Below, one piece after another: positions 13,080 through 25,087 of a stretch of DNA of 64,000 nucleotides. The position numbers and the translations under genes are program-made. The notes below the pieces were generated by a model, which was not told the DNA's origin, did not search any database, and was given only the letters and a program-made list of their open reading frames with translations. Source of the DNA: Camelus ferus (taxonomy: Eukaryota). Every line of letters begins with the position of its first letter. Position 1 is the first letter of the stretch. The stretch spans positions 21,826,001 to 21,890,000 of the forward strand of contig NC_045696.1 of NCBI RefSeq assembly GCF_009834535.1, read 5' to 3'.

Positions 13080-13223
13080 AGCTAGACTTCAATAGACATT
13101 TCACTAGGAAAACATACAAATAGCCAGTAAGTATCTAGACAGACAATAAACCTCACTAATCAGAAATGCAAGTCAAAACCACAAAAAGCTAACACCTCAC
13201 TCCTGTTTCGATGGCCGTTATCA
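13080..13223 (+). mobile_element. Old L1 ORF2 fragment
   Basis: aatagacatttc...gaaatgcaagtcaaaaccacaa...acacctcactcctgtt. Confidence 0.65.
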
Positions 13224-15244
13224 GTTTTCTTTTAGATACAAGCCGTCTTGCCGCCTGAGGTCGCAACGTTTTCCCAGGGCCTTGCAGAGACTCTTTCTTA
13301 GACAAAAAGTGTTTGCTGAGTAGGCTGGTTCCTACAGCCATGTTCATCTTCAGAGAACTCTGCAAAATCTGGCTCTTCTTTTTTTTTTTGGAAGTCCTCC
13401 CACAACTTACCTGTCAGAAATCCGCCTCTGCTAAGATGATACATTTCTGTAGTCAGGACATTCTGTGCCCTTGGTCCAAGTCTCCAATTTTTCACTCATA
13501 CTTGAGTGATAATAAAACTAATAGTTAACAGTTTTGTACGATCAACTAGAGCTCTGTTTTATCTAAGAGTTTTCACAGGAGCGCTCTCTGAAAAGAGTGT
13601 AATGACTGTGTTGGGATATTCTTTCCTTTCCTATAGAGGTAAATCAGTCATGGAGTCAGAACAAGGCTTTTATTTCCAGACAAGAGACCAAATCAAGTGT
13701 ATCTTAAAGTTTGCTAATATCAGGCAACTCTCTCCAGCAAAAATAACTTTTCGGAATTTCACCATCATATTATAAATCTTACAAATGCTACATGATAATT
13801 ATTGGTAAAACCTGACTCATCTACCTGAATATAAAATTCATCTTTTATCAGTTTATCACCTGAGATCTCTTTAGCCTTTTGTGCCTAATGTAACATACTA
13901 CCTAAGAGCGGAACATTCTCTACTGCATCTTTCCTTTAGAATTTCCCTCCTTATAATTTTACAACTTATTATTTTAGCCATTAAGCATGTTATCACCAAC
14001 AGCATGACTTTACCTTCTCTGAGAAGTAAGTTCCATGTCTGCCACTAAATACCAAACTTCCTGAGCCTTTTTACTAAGACTTTTTTTCCTTTCACAAAAA
14101 CTTTACTCTGTTTTGAGATTCCAATAACCATTTAAAATTAATCGGCACCTTTACTTGTCAAATGACTAGGATTTGCAGTGAACTGTCTCTTCAATTTTGC
14201 AGAAGCCACGCCCAGACCTGTCGATTTTTTTTTTTTTTTTTTTTTGTCACAAAGAGCAAGGAAATAAGACAGCTTGGATGAACAGCCAATAAACACCTTA
14301 TTGATAAGCAACTTTCATCATAAAGGACTTGTGTTGTACCCCTTGCTGCACTAGCACAGCGACATGATTCATAAGATTGTGTGTACACCTAAAACTGGAA
14401 TCTTCCTCTCTCATCTCATATCTCACCTTTAAAACCATCACATTGGATCACTAGACACATTCATAATATATAAAAGCTAATAAAATAAGACAGAACGACC
14501 TAATAAGCAAATGAGGAAAAAATAGATGATAAAACTTCCTAACAATTTCTAACTTGCATAATCCATGCTTTGCAATTGTTAAAAAAAAAAAAAAAAGAAT
14601 TAAAAAACAAAAACAATTCTAGGCCTGGGGAGAGCCACTTAACCCCAGGACACAAGCTGGCCTGTCAGAGTGCAATTCCCAGGTATTTGGGCAGAAAAAA
14701 CCCAGCTCCTGGTTCTGTCTCCACACTTGCACACTGGGAACTGCTGTTAGTTTAGCTTGCAGTTTCCTATTTGTTTGGAACTTTCCCCAGATTCCATGCT
14801 GGGAACTGTTGATGGTTACAGGCTAGAATGGGATTGGGTCTGACTTAAAAACCAGACTGGGTCTGAGATTAGACTAGGTCCAATTTAAAAACCAGACTGG
14901 GTCTGATTTAGGCTAAACTGGGTCCAGCAAGAGAACTTAGGCGAATAAAATTTTGTTTAAATTGGACCCTTTATATTCGAAGAGTTGAGTTGCCACGTTC
15001 TTAACACACCTGCTTATCTTGTGTCTGAGAACTGTGATCCCAGAAGCTGTAGATATTTATAAAAATGACCTATCTTACAAAGCTGTTTTGTGTCCTGAGA
15101 GCTTGCCTTGAGAGCTGTCAGGTTACAGGCTCCAAAATACGGACAAATAGAAATTTAAGTCGTACCCCACTTGCAGCAAGACATGGCTAAACTGGCCGAA
15201 CTCTATTTGCAGGCAGGGACCTACCAACTGCCGCCAGCCCTCAG

Positions 15245-15420
15245 GGGAAATTACAGTGGTCATTACAGGACCATTCCAAATGTATAAGATTTAAGAAATG
15301 CACTTAAAAGCAAGAGCTCCCAAATCAAACAGAATACAAATAGAATGGAGTACCTATTTTAATTAGTATTCAGAAGCCTCCAAAATGCATCACTGAAAGA
15401 TTTCAAAAGGCTAACACACA
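15245..15420 (+). pseudogene. gag: ERV gag (matrix-like) remnant
   Basis: Manual translation across frameshifts: LQWSLQ..FQMYKI..LRNALKSKSSQIKQ..EWSTYFN*YSEASK, resembling a class I ERV gag N-terminus. Confidence 0.55.
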
Positions 15421-16647
15421 GTTAAAGAAATAAAAGGTACCCAAAACAAATTATTTGGGCAATTGAATACTATAGTGCATATCTCTGCAGGCCATAGAAG
15501 TTCAAAGTTCATCGGCCCCCTCCTTTTTTTTTTGCCAATCTGTCAAACCTCATCTATTTCTCTCATAATGCTTGAAAAGATCAAGATGTGGAAAACAGAA
15601 TTGTGCTGTGCTTAACCTGTGCCTTTGTGATGTAACTATCCCAACTTCATCTTCTCTAGAATCTAAGAGCAACTCTTTGAAATGCAAACCTTAGGGAGAA
15701 GATTCTCCTAAGGAAAAAAAAAAAAACAAAGAGGCATTTAGAAATTGGGCTAGGGAAAAATCTTACAAGTTTCCACAAATATTAGTAACTATCCTGTCTC
15801 TGTGTCTGTCTATATGTTTGTATGTGTGTCCATATATGCATGTTGTAGATGTGTGATGTTTTTCTACCTACAGATGGTATTGCCAAAATTAGTTTTGAAA
15901 AAGCTCTATTTAGTTGGTTTGAAGGCAAGCTTTTATAAGGATTGGGCATTATAAAGTTCTCAGAAGTAACAAACTAACCCAAATGTTTTTCAAGTTCCCA
16001 TGATCTGGAATAATCTTCAGTAATTTAAGTTCATTAGTTTAATTAAAACAGACATGTCTTTAAAGTTATCAACATTGAATACAAAGCAGATAAACTTTTA
16101 TTCTACCTGGGTTTTATCAGTCAATTCATAGTATCTCTGTTGTGAAATTTGTCAGCAAATACTTAAAAACAGCTTCCAAAATCTTCTTGGTAACAAAATT
16201 CAGTTACCAAAGTAACTAGTTCATCCTAGCTACTAAGTTAAATTATATGACAGAAATTTAATATCCAGATCACTTTCAAATTAACAGTGAAATGTTAAAG
16301 ATCATAGGTTTAACACTTTGGGCTACCTATTGCAAAGAAAATAAAGATAAATTTGGGTCTTAGTTAATATGTTTTATGTCATATTAATGACTGTACTGTA
16401 AAGGAGCATGTTTCTAGAAATTATGTATAAATAAATTTGCCAGTCTAAAAAAAAATGCTTGTATGACATACAGTTCAGTCTTTACCTTCTTCTTAGTTTT
16501 CACTAGACATTAAGGCTTCTAAGGTTTAAGAGTTCTAATTAATATACGTATTAAAGCTACTAGAAATAAGGTAAACATTTCTGTATGCAAAGAGAGTGGG
16601 ATGTGCTTTTGGCCAAGAAAAAATACGAGGTTTAGAGATGAATTTTT

Positions 16648-16873
16648 TTTTTTTTACTTTTTTTATTGAATTATAGTCAGTTTACAATATTGTGTCAATT
16701 TCTGGTGTACAGCACAATGCTTCTGTCATACATGAATATTCATATATTCGTTTTCATATTATTTTCACAGTAAGCTACTACAAGATATCGAATATAGTTC
16801 TTGTGCTATACAGTATTAACTTGTTTATCTATTTTATATATACCAGTCAGTATCTGCAAATCTCAATCTCCCA
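16648..16873 (-). mobile_element. Short L1 3'UTR insertion nested in the ERV
   Basis: Poly(T) followed by L1 3'UTR; 15-bp TSD tagagatgaattttt at 16633-16647 and 16874-16888. Confidence 0.9.
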
Positions 16874-17291
16874 TAGAGATGAATTTTTGTTAAGGGAAAT
16901 GAGAGTAATTTTATCCGAACTAAAACTTTTGATTACTTCAAAATGAGAAGGAAGAAAATGAAAGACAAACTATGGCCATAGAAAGCTGGGAAGAAAGAAA
17001 AAAAGAGAAGGACTCTTGTGTAATCAAGCTGGCTAAAACTGAATTGTTATTGTGGGAGTTTTAAGAATGAGCTTTAATATCAATAGTGTGTTTATGTAAA
17101 ACTGGAACATAATTTTCTTTCATCTGCTAAAAGAGCAAAGTTTTATCAGATTATTATTTTGCTCTTGGTAAGAGATTAAGATTTTCTTTACCTTTTAAAG
17201 TAATATGCCTAGAAAACAGTAATTCTGTGTTTTGCGAAGATAACTATCTGTTAAGTCTTTGATGACTTAAACATAGTACCCTTGACATTAA

Positions 17292-18250
17292 ATGGCTGTT
17301 TTCCTCAAAACTATGTCACATGAATCTGCTGTCATCAAAATTGAGGTTCACACCAAAAGGGCTGAACCTGAATATCAGGGAAAGACCCTAAATGCCTTTC
17401 ATGCAAATGCAGTAGCCACAGAATCTACGAAGACCGTGGCCCACTGGATGAGTTCTGTTCTGCTTCTGCTAAGAATAATGCCTCATTGCCAGATGTCTGC
17501 CATCCTGATGTCCCTGTAACACGGCAACAGTCTGCTCCTGAATCAGAAATTATGATGGGTAAACAATGACTGTAAACTCTACAGTCAGCGTTCTAGGAAA
17601 CCCAACACAGACATTCAGTCTTTTCCAGCTTTATAGCAAATCCCATTTTCAGTCTTCGCATTCCTTCACCCATCATGGTGCATTCAAGAAAAACTACATT
17701 TGAGCCTAGTGGCCTCCCTCCTCTGTACCCTTTAAACACTTCACTCAACTGCCACTTAATATGACTTGTCAATACGCTCTTGTACTGTGTGTGTCTTCCA
17801 GATGGCTTCCCCTGCCACAAGGCTGATTCCCTTACGGTGACCAAGAAACTGTTAGAAAATGTGTTTCCCATTTAAGGTATATCTTTCACAATATCCACGG
17901 ATCCAGGCACCCACTTCACAGGGCAAACCATACAAGCCTTAATGAAAACCTCGCAAACTTCATAGGATTATCACTGTCCCCATCATCCTCAGTCATCAGG
18001 CAAGGTCAAGAGAACTAATGGAAAAAACGGATCCTGAATTCTTCCAGTTTACTCAAATATCTGGCTGCAACTGACCAAACCCTTCCAGTTTTCTCCCACC
18101 CTTCTGATTTGGAATCACTAGCAACAAAGACTGCCCTTAAATCTCCTTGGAAGGACCATACCAGGTTCTTCTCACTCCTGAAATGGCAGTCAAATTTGAA
18201 GAACTTGAACCTTACATATACAACTCACAACTGAAGAAGAGCCAGCTGAC
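17292..18250 (+). pseudogene. pol: ERV pol remnant (RNase H C-terminus and integrase)
   Basis: AVIKIEVHTKRAEPEYQG..NAFHANAVA (RNase H end); FPCHKADSLTVTKKLLENVFPI*GISFTISTDPGTHFTGQTIQALMKT..YHCPHHPQSSGKVKRTNG (IN core, ~17807-18022); GPYQVLLT (GPY/F domain); stops and deletions present. Confidence 0.9.
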
Positions 18251-18379
18251 ACCTGGCCCTGTAAAAATGCCGGACACCTCTGAATCAAATCACAGAGGAA
18301 GACAAGTAGCTGACATCAAGGGAGACTGCTTCCACACTAGACAACAAATTAAGACTTCATATTTTAAATATAAAATACT

Positions 18380-19140
18380 TTCTCCTCCTTTTACTTTCTT
18401 TTACTCTGGCATTGGCCCGGAAAGGTAACACCCTCATCTGTATCTTCTAGTCCCTTGCTATGGGGGCAACCCTTTAGATTTCTGGATTTGTCAAAGATTC
18501 TGATCTGTCTATAACTATCTGGATTAGACTTGCTCCCACTTAAGCAATCTGTATTTGTGAGGCATTTAGGATGACTATTTCAGGCTAGGAGATTCCCTTC
18601 ACACATGTACTAAAAACATGACTGACCTTTGGACGGAATGGTTAAGTGCAGCAATCCCTGTAAATAGATCCATGTCCTGGTTAGGAGTAAATGCAAAAGA
18701 GAATATGATCAGAAACCTTCCCTTAACCCTTGATGGTATTTGCAAATTCCATTGTTAAGACATTAGCTGTCCAGCAGAAAAAGTCCTTAGACTCTCTGGC
18801 CAAGGTTGTACTTGATAATATGATAGCCCTTAATTATTTTTCAGTTGGACAAGGAGGTATCTGCACTGTGGCCCACATCATCTGCTCTACCTGAATCAAT
18901 ACTTTTAGGGAAGCTGAAATTCAGTTATGCAAAATCACTGAGTAAGCCACTTGGCTTAGAAAGGTGACTCCTTCAGTGGGGCCTTTCTTTGATCAGTTTG
19001 GGCCTTGGGGACCATGACTCAAAGGATGCTCTAAACATTGGGAATTATCCTCCTTATAATGTTGCTGCTGCATTGTACTCTCTAAAAAGCTTTAGATGCA
19101 TATTCTCAGCTGCTAACCAAACACATGATCTCCCTAAAAC
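18380..19140 (+). pseudogene. env: ERV env remnant (SU largely deleted, TM recognisable)
   Basis: DFWICQ (degenerate CWIC) near 18480; SLDSLAKVVLDNMIALNYFSVGQGGICTVAHIICST*INT is a degenerate immunosuppressive domain plus CX6CC; later GIILLIMLLLHC TM-like segment. Confidence 0.85.
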
Positions 19141-19367
19141 TGGAATATCAGAAAATCAAAGAAAATGACCGATTTAAGGATTATGAACCTGAAACTTTGA
19201 CCTGAGAATGTCACAAGGAGTAGGGAAAACATCATCTTCTATGGATGCAACAGCAAAAATCAACAAAGCTGAGGACACTGAGTGGTGGCTAAGAGTGATC
19301 CTAATACCTTAAATACATCATCTCTCAGACTGAGAATTTGATTTTTTTTTTTTAAAAAAAAGGCAGG

Positions 19368-19708
19368 ATTAGAAAAAAAAGAGGGGAAAAAAGAAACTAC
19401 AGACACAAGTGGAACCACTTGACCCCCGAGGACAGCAAACCAAGACTTAATTGTAGTTTCAACCTCTCCCCAGAGTAGAATTTCTGGGATTTTCTCATCA
19501 GCACTAGTGAAGTAACCTTGTCTGTAACAATTCTTTCTTTTGCTAATAGTCACTTCACCCTGCCTTGTTTCATTAGCAGCCTTCCATATTGCACACAGGC
19601 CCTCAGAGCACCTTTCTATTTACTAGACGGGATGCTGCCTGATTCATGAGTAGCTGAATAAAACCCATTAGATTTTTAGATTTTCTCAGCTGAATTTTTT
19701 TTTTAACA
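19368..19708 (+). mobile_element. ERV1 3' LTR
   Basis: Follows a purine tract; AATAAA at 19657-19662; ends ttttaaca followed by the TSD. Confidence 0.8.
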
Positions 19709-20419
19709 CAATGTTTCTAACACAAAGTCGGGGCAGTTGAGTCATGAAGCAAAAAAATTCCTTTAGAATATCGTTCCAATTTTCTATTACACCCAAAAGT
19801 TTGTTTACTCCTTTAAGTCACTCTGAAGTGCATAAGGGTAGACTGTGTGAATTCAAGTAATGGACTGCTATCAGTTCATTGCCTCCATATAATTCAGAGC
19901 TCACCAATTATCAATGGCCTCCCCAGACTTGGGTCAAGAATGAGAATAGACTAGATTCAGTGAGAATGGTCCTGCTGTGCACTTCTGTAAAGGACAGAAA
20001 GACTACTTGCTCATGTCCATCATCATGAGTACTGACATCACATGGCATGCTCAACTCAAATGATTTTTTAAATCTCACTCTTTTGTGTAACCCCAAGGCT
20101 CTCTGGAATCGTGGTTAAGAATCAAAGGTCTAAATTATTATTTTAAAAAACAGACATTTTTAAACCTGAAATTTCTGGATTTATGGAGTGCAGCTATACT
20201 GAGGAATGAAAGTCACACTAGCAAGTATAAACGCTGAGTCTCCACAACTTGATGTCTCCCTTAAACGACTTGTAAGTTACAGAGGAAGTGCTCCGTTTCT
20301 CCAAAACCAAAATATCAAAATATATCCAGCCTGAAAAAAAATATTTAGGAAGCTGCCTACGATGCTGTGAGGTATCCCAGGTATCAGTGTGGCACCTAGC
20401 ACCTCTTTATTCTTCTATT

Positions 20420-20986
20420 CATTCTCAGTCATCAATAAAGGTAGGTTTTGAGTAAGATTTATATTTTGTTTGAATCAGATGGACAGTTTAGCCATTTCTG
20501 ATAATGCAAGAGGAAATAAAATTTTGTTCTTATTAAGTTTGAAGTGCCTATTAAACAATGATGTAGAGATATAAAATAGGTAATCAAATATGGATTAGCA
20601 AATTTAGAGTTGCAGTATAAGTCAGAGCTAAGTACACACATATTCAGAATCTAAATATATATGTTTATGTACATGAGAATGAATGAAACCACAGGGGAAT
20701 GAAGTCTAAGAATTAAGCCTTCAGTATTACAATATTTTAAAGATGAAATGAAAGCAAGATCAAAATGAACTAAAATGCAGTGGCTAGAGAGAAAGTCAGT
20801 TTAGGATATTATCATAAAATCCAAGAGAAAAATGTGTTCCAAAAGGAGAAAATGGTCTCATTTTAACTAATGCTTCTAAACACCAAGAAAGAGAAGTATG
20901 TGGGATTTAGAAGCATAAACAACCCTGACAAGAACAATCTCAGTGTAGTGTTGGAGTCACTCCACTGATTTGAGGCTGTGTACGTT
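20420..20986 (-). mobile_element. L2 fragment (target of the following L1)
   Basis: atcataaaatccaagagaaaaatgtgttcc and accctgacaagaacaatctcagtgtagtg are L2 antisense motifs; resumes after 24105. Confidence 0.55.
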
Positions 20987-21007
20987 AAGAAAATGGAAAA
21001 AATGAGA

Positions 21008-24000
21008 GCACAAATTAGCAAAATAAGAATAATGGAGAAATTACAGCAAATAAAATAGAAATACAGAATATCATACGAGAATATTATGAAAAACTATAAG
21101 GAACCAAACTGGATAACCTAGAGGAGATGGACAAGTTTCTGGAAACATACTGTCTACCAAGACTGAATCAAGAAGAAACTGACCACATGAACAAACCGAT
21201 CACTAGAAATGAAATCGAAATAGCAATAGAAAAACCTCCCTACAAATAAAAGTCCAGGACTGGATGGCTTCACCAGGGAATTCTACCAAACATACAAAGA
21301 AGAACTCATACCAGTCCTTCTCAAACTCTTCCAGAAGATTGAAAAGGAGGGAATACTCCCAAACTCATTCTATGAAGCCACCATCACCCTGATACCAAAA
21401 CCAGGCAGAGACACTACCAGAAAAGAGAACTATAGGCCAGTATCATTGATGAACATAGATGCCAAAATCCTCATCAAAATATTAGCAAATAGAATCCAAC
21501 AACACATAAAAAAGATTATACATCATGACCAAGTGGGGTTCATCCCAGGGACACAAGGCTGGTTCAACATACGCAAATCAATCAATGTAATACATCACAT
21601 CAACAAGAGAAAGGACAAAAACCACATGATCATTTCAATCGATGCAGAAAAAGCATCTGATAAAATTCAACACCCATTTATGATAAAAACTCTCACCACA
21701 GTGGGTATAGAGGGAACATATCTCAACATGATAAAAGCTATATATGACAAACCTACAGCCAACATAGTACTCAATGGTGAACAACTCAAAAGCTTCCCAC
21801 TAAAATCTGGGACAAGACAAGGATGTCCACTATCACCACTCCTATTCAACATAGTCTTGGAAGTCCTAGCCACAGCAATCAGATGAGGGAGAAATAAAAG
21901 GGATCCAAACCGGAAAAGAAGAGGTAAAAGTGTCACTATATGCCGACAACATGTTACTATAGAAAACCCTAAAAGGTCCACACAAAAACTACTAGAGCTG
22001 ATCGAAGAATTCAGCAAGGTAGCAGGTTACAAGAGTAACATTCAAAAATCAGTTGTATTTCTTTATGCTAATGATGAATCAACAGAAAAAGAAAGTAAAG
22101 AAACGATCCCCTTTAAAACAGCACCCAAAGTAATAAAATACCTAGGAATAAATCTAACCAAGGAGGTGAAAGACTTATACACAGAAAACTATAAACCACT
22201 GATGAAGGAAATTAAGGAAGACTTTAAAAAATGGAAAGATAGCCCATGCTCTTGGATTGGAAGAATCAATATAGTTAAAATGGTCACACTGCCCAAGGCA
22301 AGCTACAGATTTAATGCAATCCCTATCAAATTACCCAGGACATATTTCACAGAACTAGAACAAATCATAATAAAATTTATATGGAACCATCAAAGACCTA
22401 GAATTGCCAAAGTATTACTGAAGAAAAAGAAAGAGGCTGGAGGAATAACTCTCCCAGACTTCAGACAATACTATAGAGCTACAGTCATCAAGACAGCATG
22501 GTATTGGTACAAAAACAGACATATAGGCCAACGGAACAAAATAGAGAGCCCAGAAATGACCCCACAAACTTTTGGTCAACTAATCTTTGACAAAGGAGGC
22601 AAGAATATACAATGGAATAAAGACAGTCTCTTCAGCAAATGATGCTGGGAAAACTGGACAGCAGCATGTAAAACAATGAAGCTAGAACACTCCCTTACAC
22701 CATACACAGAAATCAACTCAAAATGGATAAAAGACTTAAACATAAGACAAGATACAATAAACCTCCTAGAGGAAAATATAGGCAAAACATTATCTGACAT
22801 ACATCTCAAAAATTTTCTCCTAGAAGAAATAAAAGCAAGAATAAATGAATGGGACCTAATGAAACTTACAAGCTTCTGCACAGCAAAGGAAACCATAAGT
22901 AAAACAAAAAAACCTTCAGGATGGGAGAAAACTTTTGCAAATGAAACCAACAAAGGTTTGATCTCCAGAATATATAAGCAGCTCATACAACTTAATAAGA
23001 AAAAAATGAACAACCAAATCCAAAAATTGGCAGAAGACCTAAACAAGCAATTCTCCAAGGAAGAAATACAAATGATCAATAGACACATGAAAAAAAAAAT
23101 ATATATATATAGAATACATAAGCAGCTCATACAACTTAATAAGAAAAAAATGAACAACCAAATCTAAAAATGGGCAGAAGACCTAAACAAGCAATTCTCC
23201 AAGGAAGACATACAAATGATCAATAGACACATGAAAAAATGCTCAGTATCACTAATTATCAGAGAAATGCAAATCAAAACTACAATGAGGTATCACCTCA
23301 CACCAGTCAGAATGGCCATCATTCAAAAATCCACAAATGACAAATGCTGGAGAGGCTGTGGAGAAAGGGGAACCCTCCAACACTGCTGGTGGGAATGCAA
23401 TTTGGTGCAGCCACTGTGGAAAACAATGTGGAGATTCCTCAAAAGACTAGGAATAGACTTACCATATGACCCAGGAATCCCGCTCCTGGGCATATATCCA
23501 GAAGGAACCCTACTTCAGGATGACACCTGCACCCCAATGTTCATAGCAGCATTATTTACAATAGACAAGACATGGAAACAGCCTAAATGTCCATCAACAG
23601 ATGACTAGATAAAGAAGAAGTGGTATATTTATACAATGGAATACTACTCAGCCATAAAAACCAACAACATAACGCCACTTGCAGCAACATGGATGCTCCT
23701 GGAGAATGTCATTCTAAGTGAAGTAAGCCAGAAAGAGAAAGAAAAATACCATATGAGAATGCTCATATGTGGAATTTAAAAAAAAAAAAGAAGCATAAAT
23801 ATAAAACAGAAATAGACTCACAGACATAGAATACAAACTTGTGGTTGCCAAGGGGGCAGGGGGTGGGAAGAGATAAACTCGGATTTCAAAATTGTAGAAT
23901 AGATAAACAAGATTATACTGTACAGCACAGGGAAATATATACAAGATCTTATGGTAGCTCTCAGAGAAAAAAATGTGACAATGAGTGTGTAAATGTCCAT

Positions 24001-24084
24001 GTATAACTGAAAAATTGTGCTCTACACTGGAATTTGACACAAAATTGTAAAATGATTATAAATCAATAAAAAATGTTAAAAAGA
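21008..24084 (+). mobile_element. Young 5'-truncated L1 (ORF2 fragments, 3'UTR, A-tail)
   Basis: ORFs 21446..21886 ([18 protein letters not shown]), 22166..22642, 22676..23167 and 23216..23608 are L1 ORF2p; 21-bp TSD aagaaaat(g/a)gaaaaaatgaga at 20987-21007 and 24085-24105 at a TT/AAGA endonuclease site. Confidence 0.97.
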
Positions 24085-25087
24085 AAGAAAATAGAAAAAA
24101 TGAGACTTCAAGTCAAGGAGTTATCCTTAAGATATAGGATATAGAAATGAAGGGAAAAAAAAAAAAAAAACAGGAAGAAGCCAAGGGTGTGAGAATGGCA
24201 GTGGTTCCCAGGGAGTTCCCATCTTTAAGCAAATAAACTTGCATTATGTGCTTCAATGACTTTGGTTCGTGTATCTTACACCTGAGTGAGTCTGGCTGAT
24301 ACAAACTACCCCTAGGAATTATTTAGAAGTTGGAGATCCACTGAGAAAAGAAGTTACTTCTGGCAGCTCTCCAAGTAAGAAAAGTGACTCCAACCAAGGA
24401 GAAAACTTGTATTTGCCAGTCTGGGATGATAATGGGAGCTTGAAATTTTCTTGAATTCACAAACAACTGGTTCCCACCTATCCACAGCTCTCTAGACAGA
24501 TACGGCTTCCAAGATATGCCTAAGCAATCCAGACACTATCCCCTGGGCTTTGGAAATCTTGGTGAAAGTTCCTGTCCCTAGTTGACACAAACAGATGGTA
24601 CTTCACTCCTGCCCCTAACATACTGAAAAAATCAGAGTCCTAATTTGGGGACTTACGAATTTTGTACAAGTTTCTCTCTCTTCATATAGTGTTTGATATT
24701 AGGTAGTGCACAACCCTGATGACTTAGAAGTTGGGGTCAGATTCAGTTAAATTTAAAACAAATGGTTATTTTACTTTTTTTAGTTTTATTATACACATGG
24801 GCATTATGGAGGAAATTCATACCAAATATTTATTTTTTTAAATCAATGCCTGGTTGAGACTTTGTAAAAATGAAAGTAAATGTGTGTTTATTCCTCTATC
24901 TTCTTTTAATTCCTCAGAATGTGCTTTTAATAATAAACATTCTAACTTGATTTTTCTCAATTAAATTTCTCAGTCTGAATTTTACTTAATGTTGTACTAA
25001 CAGCCTTTATACACATACGTGTGGGTGTGTGCATGTGTGTGCACCTCTGTGTGTGTGTATTCTGTGCTTCAAAAGTAAAAAGGCAAG

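Larger units (their letters stand above)
14577..19708 (+). mobile_element. Defective ERV1-class (gammaretrovirus-like, MER4-group type) provirus
   Basis: Termini TGTTAAAA...TTTTAACA with 4-bp TSD CAAT (14573-14576 and 19709-19712); gag, pol and env remnants in the correct order; 3' LTR with AATAAA. Confidence 0.85.

Noticed and set aside
18380..19140. Possible domesticated syncytin-like env
   Set aside because: Stops and frameshifts, SU mostly deleted, ISD and CX6CC degenerate; no long ORF
21446..23608. Possible active L1 ORF2
   Set aside because: 5'-truncated with several stops and frameshifts, a damaged YADD region and an internal duplication
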